64,000 nucleotides of DNA, from assembly GCA_965205505.1 (NCBI GenBank), contig CBDBHB010000007.1:192001-256000 (forward strand). Direction: 5' to 3'. Below, piece by piece: positions 42,726-54,223 of this stretch. Made by a program: the position numbers and the translations under genes. A model generated the notes under the pieces. That model ran no database searches. It saw nothing but the letters and a program-made list of their open reading frames with translations, and was not told the DNA's origin. Source of the DNA: Acidobacteriota bacterium (lineage in GTDB: Bacteria > Acidobacteriota > UBA890 > WLXD01). How positions within the stretch are numbered: position 1 is the first letter of the stretch; every line of letters starts with the position of its first letter.

Positions 42726-45427
42726 TGATCGGCAAGACGCTCGGCCACTACGAGATCATCGCCCCGCTCGGTGCAGGCGGCATGGGCGAGGTCTACCGCG
42801 CACGCGACACGACGCTTGATCGCGAAGTCGCGATCAAGGTGCTGCCGGAGGACTTCGCCACCGACGCCGGACGTCTGGCTCGGTTCGAGCGTGAAGCCAA
42901 GCTGCTCGCCTCGCTGAACCACCCCAACATCGCCACCATCTTCGGCTTCGAGGAATCGGATGGTGTGCGCTTCATCTCCATGGAGTTGGTCGAGGGCGAC
43001 AGTCTCGCCGAGCGGATCGAAGCCTCCGGTCACATCGAGGTTGATGAGGCGCTGGAGATCGCCCGCAGGATCGCATTGGCGCTGGAAGCTGCTCACGAGG
43101 CTGGTGTCATCCATCGCGACCTGAAGCCGGCCAACGTGCAGGTCGCATCCGATGGCACCGTCAAGGTGCTCGACTTCGGGCTGGCCAAAGCCTACGAAGC
43201 GGAAGGCAGTGAACCGTCGTCCGATCTGAGCCATTCGCCGACGATGATGGCCACCACGGGCACCGGCGTGATCATGGGCACGGCTCCCTACATGAGCCCG
43301 GAGCAGGCGCGTGGTCAGCCAGTCGACAAGCGTGCCGACATATGGGCGTTTGGCTGCGTGCTGTACGAGATGCTGACGGGCGAGAGGACGTTCGATGGTA
43401 AGACCGTCAGCGACACACTGGCATCGATCCTAAAAGAGGAGCCAGACTGGGCCGCAGTGCCAGAACCCACGCCGGCGATGATCCAGCACGTGCTGCGGCG
43501 CTGCTTGGAGAAAGATCCGTCTCTACGCCTTCACGACATCGCCGATGCCCGCATCGAGATCGTCAACACCATCGCCGATCCAGACGGCGGCCTCACTCTC
43601 GTAGCTGGCTCTGGTGAGGCAACGCGGCCCTCCTGGTGGCGCTACCTCCCAACTCCCGTGGCCGTCGGCCTCGGTGTCGCGGCTGTTGCAGCCACGTTCC
43701 TTGCCGTCTCGACCTCGATGCGCCAGTTACCGATCGCGCCCGAAGCAGCAATGCGCCTGGAGGTGCGACTCACCGACGATGGTCTCTTGCCGTTAGGTGT
43801 TGTGCTATCGCCGGATGGCACACAGATCGCCTACGTACTGGGTAGTGGGATAACCGAAACCGAGCTCTACGTCCGCTCATTCGATGAGCTGGGGGGCGTT
43901 CGCCTGGTTTCTGGCTCTCCACACTCACCGTTCTTCTCACCAGACGGTCAGTGGGTCGGCTATTTCGATGGCTCTGACCTGAAGAAAGTGCCGGTCACCG
44001 GGAGCACCCCCCAGACTGTCGTTTCCTCCGACGTTGTCCCCGCCACCGGGACCTGGGGGGCTGACAACACGATCATCTTCGGCTCCATCGGCGGTGGCCT
44101 GTTCCGTGTGTCGGCCGACGGGGGAGAGCCAGAATCACTGACACGTCTCGATCAGGGGGAGAACGCGCACGTTTTCCCGCAACTGCTGCCGGACGGCAAT
44201 GCACTGCTATTCACGACGGTTGACTTGGACAACTCGATGGCCACCGAAGTGCTGGATCTGGAGACGAGAACACGACGTGTCGTGCAGCAGGGTGGACAGG
44301 GACGATACGCACCGACGCGCCATCTCGTGTATCAAGATCAGGGAACCCTGTTTGCCGTCCCGTTCGACCTGGGACAGCTGCAGGTGAAGGGTTCGGCGGT
44401 ACCCGTCGTGCAGGGGCTTGCCACCATTCTCGATTCGGAAGCCGCGGCGTTCGACTTCTCGAGTACAGGAACACTGGCCTATCTGGGTGGGGCCGCCGGC
44501 TCGCAGACGTATCCCGTCGTATGGGTCGACCGGCAGGGCAACACGACACCGCTGTAGGACGAGCCTGGCGTCTACAGTACTCTTCGGTTGTCTCCGGACG
44601 GCACACGACTGGCCGTGCAGGCCTCGCGGAACGACAACGAAGATGTGTGGATCTATGACCTGGAACGGGGTGCACCGACCCGGCTGACGTCCGATGCAGC
44701 CCGCGACACGAATCCTGTCTGGTCGCCAGACGGGCAGTTTCTCGCATTCTCCTCGGACCGCGACGGCCCGCCGAACATGTATCGGACTCGTGCCGACGGC
44801 TCAGGCACCGTCGCGCGGCTGACAGAGAGCGACCGTGCACAGTTCCCAGAGTCATGGTCTGCGGACGGCGGCTTGCTGGCCTACGCTGAAGCAGGCCTAG
44901 GGACCAACTACGACTTGTGGGTGTTGCCGCTTGAGGGGGATGCGGAACCTCGAGTCATCGCCAACAGCGCTGCCTTAGATACCTGGTTGGCATTCTCGCC
45001 GAATGGTCGCTGGATCGCATACGCATCCTTCGAATCAGGAAGGCCTGAAGTCTATGTCCAGTCCTTTCCTCCTGGGCCTGGGAGGCACCAAGTCTCCATT
45101 GGCGGCGGCAGCCAACCCAGGTGGTCAGGCGATGGGCGTGAGCTTTTCTACCGAACCTACACAGGGATCATGGTGGTTGCTGTGGAGACGGAAGGTGATT
45201 CCTTTGGCTACGGTACAACCGAGCAACTCTTCGAGGGGAGTTTCCGTGGTGGGGTATACGGAATGATCGACACCGGGTTCGTTTACCCGGACTACGACGT
45301 TACCGTCGACGGCCAGCGTTTCGTGATGTTCCCTGGCAGGAGTCAACGCCAGAACGACAGCGACCATGTGACGTTGATCACCAACTGGTTCGACGAGCTG
45401 AAGCGGCTCGTGCCGGCGGACCCGTAG
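42725..45427 (+). pseudogene. Second Ser/Thr kinase-PD40 gene interrupted by an in-frame TAG at 44555-44557
   Basis: ORFs 42725-44557 and 44588-45427 are in the same frame: NTTPL*DEPGVYSTLRLSPDG. Confidence 0.85.
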
Positions 45428-45629
45428 CGCGCTTAGCCGAGTCTCGCGAACCACCTGGCAACCTTCGATCTCGCCCGTGCGCAATGCGAGGACCGGCCTG
45501 ACGGTCACCGATACCGACAACGACCCCATCGAGCACTGCATGATCGCCTACTATCTGCCACAGTGCTTCGAGCACATCCGCGCCATCGGCGAGCCCCGCG
45601 GACAAACGACTTTTGCAGCTTGAGCTGAG

Positions 45630-47318
45630 GTGACATTGAGGAAGCGCCGTAGCAGTGAAGTGACGGAAGGCGTGCAGCGCGCTCCCAACCGGGCGATGCT
45701 CCGCGCGGTCGGATTCGAGGACGAGGACTTCGACAAGCCGATCGTCGGTATCGCGAACGCCCACTCGAACCTGACGCCGTGCAACATAGGCCTCGGCGCG
45801 CTCTCGGAGCGCGCTCGGAGCGCGCTACACGAGGCGGGCGCTCGCGCTCTCGAGTTCGGGACGATCACCGTGGCCGACGGCATCTCGATGGGCACCGAGG
45901 GGATGAAATACTCGCTGGTTTCGCGCGAGGTCATCGCCGATTCCATCGAGACCGTATGCAACGGCCAGAGCTTCGACGGCGTTCTCGCCCTGGGCGGGTG
46001 TGACAAGAACATGCCCGGTGCCATGATGGCCATCGGGCACCTGAACATTCCCGCGGTGTTCGTCTACGGAGGCACCATCAAGCCAGGTCACCACGCAGGC
46101 CGCGACCTGACGGTGGTAAGCGCGTTCGAGGCGGTTGGAGAGCACGCCGCCGGCAGAATAACGGACGAGGAACTCGCGGCGATCGAGCGCAACGCCTGCC
46201 CCGGCGCAGGCTCGTGTGGTGGGATGTTCACAGCCAACACCATGTCGAGCGCCATCGAGGCGATGGGGATGAGCCTCCCGTACTCGTCCACCATGGCCAC
46301 GGAGGACGCGGAGAAGGCCGAGAGCGCGGCCGAGTCGGCTCGCGTCCTCGCCGACTGCATCGCAGCCGATCGGCTGCCGCGAGACATCGTGACGCGCCAG
46401 GCGCTCCTGAACGCCGTGGCCGTCACCATAGCGATCGGGGGTTCGACGAACGCGGTGCTGCACCTGCCCGCCATCGCTCATTCGACGGGCGTGGAGCTCA
46501 GCCTCGACGACTTCGAGCTGGTCGGTGCTCGGGTGCCCGTCCTGTGCGACCTGAAGCCCAGTGGTCGGTATGTGACGGTCGACTTCCATCGTGCCGGCGG
46601 CGTGCCTCAGGTCATGAAGGTGCTGCTCGAGCACGGTGTCCTCGATGGAGACTGCCGCACGGTGACGGGTGCAACCATCGCCGAGAGTCTGGCAGAGGTC
46701 CCGCCGGTGCCACCCTCCAACCAGGACGTGATCCGACCGTGGGGCCAACCCCTTTACCCGACCGGCCACCTGGCGATCCTTCGTGGCAACCTGGCGCCGG
46801 GCGGCAGCGTGGCGAAGCTCTCGGGCGTCAAGAACCCGCGCTTATCGGGTCCGGCCCGGGTGTTCGATTGCGAGGAGGACAGCTTGAGCGCGATCCTCGC
46901 CGGTGAGATCGGCGCTGGCGACATCGTCGTGGTTCGCTACGAAGGCCCCCGCGGTGGACCCGGCATGCGCGAGATGCTGGCTCCAACGAGCGCCCTCATC
47001 GGTGCCGGGCTCGGAGATTCGGTCGGGCTCATCACGGATGGACGATTCAGCGGTGGCACCTATGGCATGGTGGTCGGCCACGTCGTGCCGGAGGCAGCCG
47101 TCGGCGGGCCGATCGCGCTGGTGCACGAAGGCGACACGGTCACGATCGATGCGCCGGCGCGGAAGCTCCAACTGGAGGTCGACGAGGAGGAGCTGCGGCG
47201 CCGCCGCACCGCCTGGGAGCCGCCGGCTCCCCGTTATTCGCGCGGCGTTCTCGCCAAGTACGCGCGGCTGGTTTCCAGCGCCGACCTCGGCGCTGTTACC
47301 GATCTCGAACTGGAGTGA
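45630..47318 (+). CDS. ilvD: Dihydroxy-acid dehydratase
   Basis: [29 protein letters not shown] and TDGRFSG. Confidence 0.96.
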   Translation: MTLRKRRSSEVTEGVQRAPNRAMLRAVGFEDEDFDKPIVGIANAHSNLTPCNIGLGALSERARSALHEAGARALEFGTITVADGISMGTEGMKYSLVSREVIADSIETVCNGQSFDGVLALGGCDKNMPGAMMAIGHLNIPAVFVYGGTIKPGHHAGRDLTVVSAFEAVGEHAAGRITDEELAAIERNACPGAGSCGGMFTANTMSSAIEAMGMSLPYSSTMATEDAEKAESAAESARVLADCIAADRLPRDIVTRQALLNAVAVTIAIGGSTNAVLHLPAIAHSTGVELSLDDFELVGARVPVLCDLKPSGRYVTVDFHRAGGVPQVMKVLLEHGVLDGDCRTVTGATIAESLAEVPPVPPSNQDVIRPWGQPLYPTGHLAILRGNLAPGGSVAKLSGVKNPRLSGPARVFDCEEDSLSAILAGEIGAGDIVVVRYEGPRGGPGMREMLAPTSALIGAGLGDSVGLITDGRFSGGTYGMVVGHVVPEAAVGGPIALVHEGDTVTIDAPARKLQLEVDEEELRRRRTAWEPPAPRYSRGVLAKYARLVSSADLGAVTDLELE

Positions 47319-47357
47319 TTGTGTCGGCGGCACATCGTAGGAGGACAGATACATTCA

Positions 47358-47410
47358 CACCTCACCATGCCGCCCGCGCCGAGCGGCTCAATAATGCCGT
47401 AGTGGCCTAG
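47358..47410 (-). pseudogene. Kinase N-terminal fragment starting at CTAG (LGHYGIIEPLGAGGM)
   Basis: Matches LGHYEIIAPLGAGGM of the 42725 gene; abuts an IS end. Confidence 0.72.
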
Positions 47411-48115
47411 CAGGCCGTGGTGAAAGTGCGGTGGGTCTGGCGACAGGGGGTTGCGCGCGTATGCTGCGTCGTTCCTCGATGCCGATCGCAGCAAGGAGCG
47501 TCCTGCAGACGGGACTGTAGTGATCCACGGACTCCATGTACGACGTGCCGCCGGGCAGCATCAGCGTGTGGCCTCGATAGGTCATCTCGTTGCGCTTGGC
47601 ATGGCCGCCGAAATCATCGTGGTTGTCGAGCACCAGCACCCGTGCCCCGCGGCCTGCCGAGGTCAGGAAGAAATAGGCCGCCGACAGCCCGCTCAGCCCC
47701 CCTCCGACCACCACCATGTCGTAGCTCTCGCCCGTGTCGGCGACATCGGTCCAGGTGGTGCCATCGCGGAGTGCATGGGCGACCTCGAACGAACCGGGGT
47801 GACTGCCGCGCATTCCAGTCAGGGCCGGTGGATAGTATTCCTGCGCCCGGGGCGCATAGGGCGCGCCCTCGCGCGCCGACAGCCAGCCAGGTGCGATGAG
47901 CGACCCGCCGATTGCAACCCCCACGCCATTGACGAGGTCGCGTCGGGTGATGTCCCGGTGCATCCCGAGATTACGATCCCCATTCTTGGACATAGCCCCT
48001 CCGATTCTCTAACGCGGGAAACTGCGTGGAACGCCGGCTTTCTCGAGTCCGACCCATGGAACCCGGTACTCGACTAGCAGGCCGTGGTGAAAGTGCGGTG
48101 GGTCTGGCGACAGGG
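47407..48115 (+). repeat. Two identical 42-bp IS/MITE ends in direct orientation (47407-47448 and 48074-48115)
   Basis: CTAGCAGGCCGTGGTGAAAGTGCGGTGGGTCTGGCGACAGGG twice. Confidence 0.9.
47450..47993 (-). pseudogene. N-terminal fragment of a spermidine dehydrogenase-like paralog
   Basis: Near-identical protein to the first 175 or so residues of 61655-63661; upstream region also duplicated. Confidence 0.85.
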
Positions 48116-48172
48116 TCTTGCGAAGTGGAGGCAAGGAGAGAGGAGGAGGCGATGGTAACCTCATCGTGGACG

Positions 48173-48411
48173 ATAGCTACAACACCCTGGACGATCCGAG
48201 CGAGCGGGCGCTGTTTACCCCCGACGATCGGCCGTGCGTGGTCGGCAGGCGGCGATTCGGTCGAATTTCCATCGCCAACTCCGATGCCGCTGCCTCCACC
48301 CACACCGACTCGGCCATCGACGAGGCGCATCGAGCTGCCCGCGAGCAACTCCTCGTTCGAAGCCGCGCCCGCCGGACAACCTACAGTACGGACGAGATGC
48401 TGCCCGGCTAG
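48173..48411 (+). pseudogene. C-terminal fragment of the same spermidine dehydrogenase-like paralog, opposite strand
   Basis: SYNTLDDP...RFGRISIANSDAAASTHTDSAIDEAHRA matches 63423-63661. Confidence 0.85.
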
Positions 48412-48501
48412 CATGTGCGCGGCGCGTGCCAGTTCGGCATCGGCACTAGGGCCGAAGGTTTCAGCAGCCCGCCCGCCGGCGACCGCGGCTCACATCGAGA
48501 T

Positions 48502-49008
48502 TTACTCGACCGGGCAGCGTACGACCTTGTCTGGCGAGTGGCCCGAGTACGAGATGATGCGCCAGCCTTCATCGTCCTTCCCGAGGATGTAAGTCACTCC
48601 ACCGACGGACATGGGGCTGCCGTCCGTGCGCCTGCGGGTATTCGTGCCGCTGACAATCGCCGAACCCGCAGTGAGGACACAGACGTTCTTGGTCGTGAAG
48701 ACCGATCGGTTCCAGTCTCGTGCGACCAGTCCAGCGATCGCCGCCTCGAAATACGCCAGATTTTCTTCCTGCGTGTGGATGCTCATTCCGTTCCCGCCTA
48801 TCGTGATCCACGGCGAGCTGAAGATCTCCGTCGATAGCGCCTGCGGATTTCTCTCGTAGTAGAAGTTGTAGTAGCGCTCGACATGGCCCTGCGCCTCCGT
48901 CTCGAGGAGGGCCTCCTCGGAGGACGTCAGCTCCTGGCCAATGGCTGGTCCGCTAGTGGCCAGGATGAGGAAAAGTGCCGCGGCGACGGTACGATAAACA
49001 TGCTTCAT
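48502..49008 (-). CDS. Secreted NTF2/SnoaL-like protein
   Basis: Signal peptide; GSAIVSG...GWRIIS pattern; GGAGG RBS. Confidence 0.7.
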   Translation of the reverse strand: MKHVYRTVAAALFLILATSGPAIGQELTSSEEALLETEAQGHVERYYNFYYERNPQALSTEIFSSPWITIGGNGMSIHTQEENLAYFEAAIAGLVARDWNRSVFTTKNVCVLTAGSAIVSGTNTRRRTDGSPMSVGGVTYILGKDDEGWRIISYSGHSPDKVVRCPVE

Positions 49009-49119
49009 GGGTTTCCTCCAGGAGGAAGAAGCTGTGGATGGGCTACGAGGCGCAGCGCCTTGATGGCAGCATCGTAGTCTAGCGTCGTGTCGCGTGCTCG
49101 GTACCGTCGAGGCCAGGAT

Positions 49120-50859
49120 CTACTCCGCTCGTCGGTAGCGGACAACTCCATCGATGATGGTGACCTCGACGCGCATCTCCATGAGGCGTTCGGGCGCGGT
49201 AAGCGGATCCTCCGTCAAGACCACGAGATCCGCCAGTTTGCCTGGCTCGATCGAGCCCTTGATCTCGTCTTCGAATCCGGCCCGGGCAGCCCAGATCGTG
49301 TGCATGCGGATCGCATCCAGCGGTGAGATCGCCTGTTCGGGGTCGATCGGCTCGCCATCGCGGTTGGTACGAAGCACCTCTCGAGTGAGGCTGAAGAGGG
49401 GGTTGATCGAGAAGGTCTGAGTACCTGCCGAGTCGGCGTTGCCCGGCGGCCGGAAGCCCATCTCCAGCAGCTTGGCGAACGGGTAGCGGATGTTCTCCGA
49501 TGGTGAGTCGGCACGACGCGGTCGGCTACCCCACATGAACGAGGCGGTGGGGACGGCGACGACACCAAGCTCGCGTGCACGGGTGAGAGCGGCTTCGCCC
49601 GCCTGGCCCGCCATATAGTTGCCCAGGTGCTCGATGCGGTGACGGTGGTCCCGATCCGGCCGCGCGATGAGCGCCGCCTCCAACGCATCAAGTGCCAGAT
49701 CCTGCGCCTTGTCGCCGATCGCGTGGACCCAGAGCTGCCAGCCGGCCTCGTGCGCTGCGGCAACGTCGCTGTTGAGCTGCGCGATCGTCCTCGTCAGCCC
49801 GAAATTCGGGATCCCCTCCCGTTCGCGACCGTAGGTCGCCGACGCCTCGCCATCGCCGTCGACGAACATCTTGATCGCACCGACACGCAGCCAGTCGTCT
49901 CCCATGCCCGAACGGACTCCGAGGGCCAGGATGGTTGCCATGTCACCAAACGGCTGGTGCCCGGGCGCGGCCGTGAAGTTCAGATGTATCCGTACCGGTA
50001 GCTCTCCCTCCTCGCGCAGCTGCTGGTAGGCACGGACTCCTCCCGTCGTCGCCGGCAGGGCGTAGACGGTCGTCACCCCGTTTTTCATCCACACGTCTGC
50101 GAGCGTGTCCCGAATGGCTTCGCGCAACTCGTCGGAGGCAAACGGCGGCATCGGGAACACATCAAAGGACTCCCGGAAGATCCCCGTGGGCTGGCCGTCT
50201 GGACCACGATCGATGCGGCCGCCGGGCGGATCCGGGAAGGCCAGGTCGATGCCGCTCATCTCGATTGCCTTTTGATTGGCGATCTGGCGGTGCATGCTCC
50301 AGCGCAGTACCACCGGATGGTCCGGCGCGACACGATCCAGCTCCTGCTTGCTGGGCATCTCCTGTCCGTAGGTCCCTTGCCCGAGGACCCAGGAGCCAGC
50401 GGGAAGCCCGGCCACCCTCTCGGCGACCTTGTCGAGGACGTCGGCGCTGGATTCGAGCGGCGGGCTGTGTACGCGCAGGATGAGGTGCTCGGAGCGCGCC
50501 GTGTGCTCGACGTGGTTGTGAGCATCGATGAAGCCGGGCAGCAGGCTCTTGCCGTCGAGCTCGATGACCTCGGTCGCCGCCCCGATCCAGGGCTCGATAT
50601 CCCGACTGGAGCCCACGGCAGCGATACGATTGCCGACGATCGCTACCGCCTCATGGAGGCTGCCCTGCGCGTCCACGGTGATGACGTTGCCACCACGCAG
50701 GACGAGGTCGGCGCGCGGGACGATCTGTTGACCCGCCGTGCAGGCGCCGCCGGCGCCGACGCCAAGGGACAGCAGAAGAAGCGCCCCTCCAGTGCCTCTA
50801 CGAAAAGCAGTCAAGGACATCGGTACATCGTCTCGCTCGGGGCAGCGATCGACCGTCAC
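49120..50859 (-). CDS. Amidohydrolase 3 (YtcJ-like), probable lipoprotein
   Basis: LPGFIDAHNH, KMFVDG, HAIGD, RIEH and GSIEPGKLADLVVL. Confidence 0.9.
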   Translation of the reverse strand: MTVDRCPERDDVPMSLTAFRRGTGGALLLLSLGVGAGGACTAGQQIVPRADLVLRGGNVITVDAQGSLHEAVAIVGNRIAAVGSSRDIEPWIGAATEVIELDGKSLLPGFIDAHNHVEHTARSEHLILRVHSPPLESSADVLDKVAERVAGLPAGSWVLGQGTYGQEMPSKQELDRVAPDHPVVLRWSMHRQIANQKAIEMSGIDLAFPDPPGGRIDRGPDGQPTGIFRESFDVFPMPPFASDELREAIRDTLADVWMKNGVTTVYALPATTGGVRAYQQLREEGELPVRIHLNFTAAPGHQPFGDMATILALGVRSGMGDDWLRVGAIKMFVDGDGEASATYGREREGIPNFGLTRTIAQLNSDVAAAHEAGWQLWVHAIGDKAQDLALDALEAALIARPDRDHRHRIEHLGNYMAGQAGEAALTRARELGVVAVPTASFMWGSRPRRADSPSENIRYPFAKLLEMGFRPPGNADSAGTQTFSINPLFSLTREVLRTNRDGEPIDPEQAISPLDAIRMHTIWAARAGFEDEIKGSIEPGKLADLVVLTEDPLTAPERLMEMRVEVTIIDGVVRYRRAE

Positions 50860-52175
50860 ACCACCGAGATCTCGATCGGCAGCTTGGAGAGCAAGCGAGC
50901 CCCTTCTGGCTCGAACACGAACGACTGCATCAATGACTGGCCCATGAGGCTCTCGTAGTTGGTGACCATCCGTTCCTGGAAGACCCAGTCATCCGGGTTG
51001 TCGCCTAGGCCGATGGTGCTGAAGGTGTCACCGTCGTTGCGGCGACCAAACGACCAGACGAAGGGGCCGACCCAGTCCGGCGGGAAGCTTATGCCCAGAT
51101 CGTAGCCAAAGCCCCGTGGGTCCAGGCCAACGCCGTCGTAGTATTCCCTGAGCGCATCGCAGACCTCCGCAATGGGGGTGCCGGCGCGGCCGTGTTCGCT
51201 GATCACCGCGAAAGAACCGGCGTTCTTCGCATACGCCTCGACCGCCTCGGCGGGCGGATCTCCCAGCCAGTAGGTTCGAGAAGTGTTGGTATGATAGCGA
51301 TGCGCAACCCCGCAAAGGTCGGCAAACAGTGCATCACCTTGCTTGAGGACCTTGCGGGACGGGCACGCATGCGAGCCTCTGGGGTTTCTGACTCCGCAGA
51401 TCAACGCCGGAGTCCCCCCTCCTGCGGCAAACATCCCCCGCAGTGCCTCGCCGTACATCTCTAGCTCGGTGACCCCGGGGTGCAGGGCTTCACGGATGGC
51501 CTCATGGCCGGCGTCGCAAATCCGCCCCGCGTCATCCATGACGGCGATCTCCTCGGGCGACTTGACGAGTCGAACGTCGCGCATCACATCGCTGCTATCG
51601 ACGACCGTACAGCCAGCGTTGGTGAAGGCTGCCTCGAGTGACTCCGCGAGCACCGGAGGGGGCCTGTAACTCCACCGGTCGACGCCGACCGTGCCTCCGA
51701 GCCATCCTTCTGCCTGCAGCTCAGCGATGACGAACTCCATGCCGCCTTGCAGAACACGGAAGTCCTTGACCACCGTGATGGCGTCCATCGTGCCTTGATG
51801 GGCGCCGCTGTCGAAGTGAATCAGCTTGTCGTGGTCTACATGTACGGCAGTCCCGGAGCGCGGCAGCCAGCCCTTCGGCGAGTTGCCCTGGTACCAGTTC
51901 AGGATCATGCCGTGCAGGTAGCACATTCCCTCCGGCAACATCACCCACAGCAGATCGATGTTGTCTTGCGCCATGCGCTCGCGCACGCGTCGTAGGCGAT
52001 CTTGGTACTCGGCTTCCGAGAACGCAGGGTGCAGCTCATCGACCCCCACCGGGTTGCGTGATTGCTGCGCTGCTGCCAGCCTGCTAGCGGCCCCCGAATC
52101 GCCACAGCCGGCCGCCATCGCTGCTGCTGCGGACGAGCCCAAGAAAGCCCGGCGGTTAATCGCACTCTGTGTCAT
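50856..52175 (-). CDS. M24 creatinase/ectoine hydrolase (DoeA)-like protein with Tat lipoprotein leader
   Basis: NRRAFL...AAGC; FSEAEYQDRL, RLVKSPEEI and GYDLGISFPPDW. Confidence 0.8.
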   Translation of the reverse strand: MTQSAINRRAFLGSSAAAAMAAGCGDSGAASRLAAAQQSRNPVGVDELHPAFSEAEYQDRLRRVRERMAQDNIDLLWVMLPEGMCYLHGMILNWYQGNSPKGWLPRSGTAVHVDHDKLIHFDSGAHQGTMDAITVVKDFRVLQGGMEFVIAELQAEGWLGGTVGVDRWSYRPPPVLAESLEAAFTNAGCTVVDSSDVMRDVRLVKSPEEIAVMDDAGRICDAGHEAIREALHPGVTELEMYGEALRGMFAAGGGTPALICGVRNPRGSHACPSRKVLKQGDALFADLCGVAHRYHTNTSRTYWLGDPPAEAVEAYAKNAGSFAVISEHGRAGTPIAEVCDALREYYDGVGLDPRGFGYDLGISFPPDWVGPFVWSFGRRNDGDTFSTIGLGDNPDDWVFQERMVTNYESLMGQSLMQSFVFEPEGARLLSKLPIEISVV

Positions 52176-52557
52176 CGGTGGAACCTCCCCAGATGGTTGG
52201 GCCGCTATCGTGGTCGCGCGGATCTCCTCTACGTTAATGGAGAAAGCCGATCGCAATGTTGACTACGCAGTTCGTCATTATATGGATCGACGCTGCCCCG
52301 TCCAGGGACCCACCGAGCGGTCCAGGGATCTCGTTCTGACCTTGGGTGTCAGGGACTCAGCCCGCATGGCTCGAACGCATTTTGACGCCCCGTCGTCCGC
52401 CTTCGATTGGCCGACGCAGATAGCCAACGAGATTCGCAGCTGGCATGGGCGCCCGCACGAGCGGAGTCTGGGACGCGATCGGTCTGCTATGGTGCGGCCC
52501 TCGGGTCGGCCTGAACGCCGCCATGCGACCGCCCTGAATAGCCCCGGAGGAGAGCCC

Positions 52558-54084
52558 ATGAGACGAGCCGTACGCCGAGCCGCGGGCCAAACTGGCCTCT
52601 GCCTACTCATCGTCGCCATCGTGACGCTAGCGCCATCCATCCAGGCACAGACCGGAGAGCGCTTCGACATCGTGCTCAGGGGCGGCCGAGTGCTCGACCC
52701 GGAAACCGGCCTCGACGCGGTGCGGAACGTCGGCATTCGCGGCGACAGGATCGATGCGATCTCGGAGGGGCCGCTGACGGGTGCTGTGGTAGTCGACGTC
52801 AGTGGACTGGTTGTGGCGCCCGGGTTCGTCGACCTCCACGCCCACGGCCAGAGCAACGAGGCCAACGTCTACCAGGCGCGCGACGGGGTTACCACGGCGC
52901 TCGAGCTCGAAGGCGGCGTGGGCGATGTCGAGAGCTTCCTCAACCAGCGCCGCGGTGACTCGATCCTGAATTTCGGCGCGTCGGTGTCGCACAGCTTCAA
53001 TCGCGTCTGGGCGATGCCCGCGAGAGCCAACGAGACCGCGCGGCTCGACGAGATGCTCTCGTCTGGGTCAGCGAGCGCCGCAAAGGTGGCCGAGCTCATG
53101 GGCGCGATGGGACGCACCGGCTACGACCCCATTGATCGCCAGGCGATCGGCGGACTACGCGATCGATTCGAACGCGGGCTGCGTGCCGGCGGCCTGGGTC
53201 TCGGTGTGCCGCACCAGTACTACCCCGACGCCGACTACGACGAGATTTTCCGCGTTTTCCAGATGGCCGCGGAGTGGAACGTTCCCATTTACACCCATGT
53301 TCGCAGCATGGACGTCGGGGCCTTCCAAGAGGTCCTCACCAACGCCGCCGTCACTGGCGCACCGCTGCACATCGTGCACGTCAACAGCAGCGGCCTCGGC
53401 GACATCGCGACGGTGCTCGACATTATCGGCGCGGCCCAGGCGCAAGGCATCGACGTCACCACCGAGGTCTACCCGTACACCGCCGGATCCGCCAACATCA
53501 GCTCGGCTCTCTTCGACGAGGGTTGGCAGGAGCTTCTGGGCATCAGCTACGGCGACCTCCAGTGGCAGGACACCGGCGAGCGCCTCACCGAGGAAACCTT
53601 CAACAGGTACCGCGTCGAGGGCGGCATCGTGATCGACCACCTGATGAAACCGGAGTGGATCGAGCTGGCCCTGCGCACGCCGTTCGTCATGGTAGCTTCG
53701 GACGGCTTGCCGTACGCGCCCGGAGCTCACCCGCGCAGCGCCGGAACCTTCTCGCGCTTCCTCGGCTACTACGTGCGCGAGCTCGAGCTCATGCCGTTGA
53801 TCGAGGCCGTCGCCAAGATCTCGCTGATGCCGGCACAACGTCTGCAGAAGGTTGCCCCGATGATGGCGCGTAAGGGACGCCTGCAGGTAGGCGCCGACGC
53901 CGACATCACGGTGTTCGCGCCTGGCCACATCATCGACACTGCCACCTTCGAGGAAGACCTGTCGTTCTCCGAGGGCGTTGAGCACGTGCTCGTCAACGGC
54001 ACGTTCGTGGTGCGCGACGGGGAGACCGTCGAAGGGGCGCGGCCGGGACGCCCGCTGCTCGGAAAGATGTACGGCGGCGGATAG
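52558..54084 (+). CDS. N-acyl-D-amino-acid deacylase-like amidohydrolase, secreted
   Basis: APGFVDLHAH, EVYPYTAGS, ASDG, HPRSAGTF; start after GGAGGAG. Confidence 0.88.
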   Translation: MRRAVRRAAGQTGLCLLIVAIVTLAPSIQAQTGERFDIVLRGGRVLDPETGLDAVRNVGIRGDRIDAISEGPLTGAVVVDVSGLVVAPGFVDLHAHGQSNEANVYQARDGVTTALELEGGVGDVESFLNQRRGDSILNFGASVSHSFNRVWAMPARANETARLDEMLSSGSASAAKVAELMGAMGRTGYDPIDRQAIGGLRDRFERGLRAGGLGLGVPHQYYPDADYDEIFRVFQMAAEWNVPIYTHVRSMDVGAFQEVLTNAAVTGAPLHIVHVNSSGLGDIATVLDIIGAAQAQGIDVTTEVYPYTAGSANISSALFDEGWQELLGISYGDLQWQDTGERLTEETFNRYRVEGGIVIDHLMKPEWIELALRTPFVMVASDGLPYAPGAHPRSAGTFSRFLGYYVRELELMPLIEAVAKISLMPAQRLQKVAPMMARKGRLQVGADADITVFAPGHIIDTATFEEDLSFSEGVEHVLVNGTFVVRDGETVEGARPGRPLLGKMYGGG

Positions 54085-54099
54085 GCAGCCGCGCCGATT

Positions 54100-54223
54100 C
54101 CTTGATCCGATCGTTGCCACGGTGGCAAGTGTCGTGCTCCTGGCCGTATGCCTGTGTGCGAGCGCGGTGCCCGCATGGCGAGCCTCATCGGTGAGTCCCC
54201 TCGAGGCCTTCCGCACCGAGTAG
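54100..54223 (+). pseudogene. C-terminal remnant of an ADOP/MacB-type ABC permease
   Basis: DPIVATVASVVLLAVCLCASAVPAWRASSVSPLEAFRTE*. Confidence 0.72.

Noticed and set aside
44555-44557. Pyrrolysine recoding
   Set aside because: No pyl genes or methylamine methyltransferases in the window, and the site is not catalytic.
45430-45620. Intergenic coding-like scrap (DPIEHCMIAYYLPQCFEH)
   Set aside because: No start codon or recognisable family.
51958-52557. N-terminal extension of the 708-aa ORF
   Set aside because: It overlaps the divergent gene; the RBS and signal peptide place the start at 52558.
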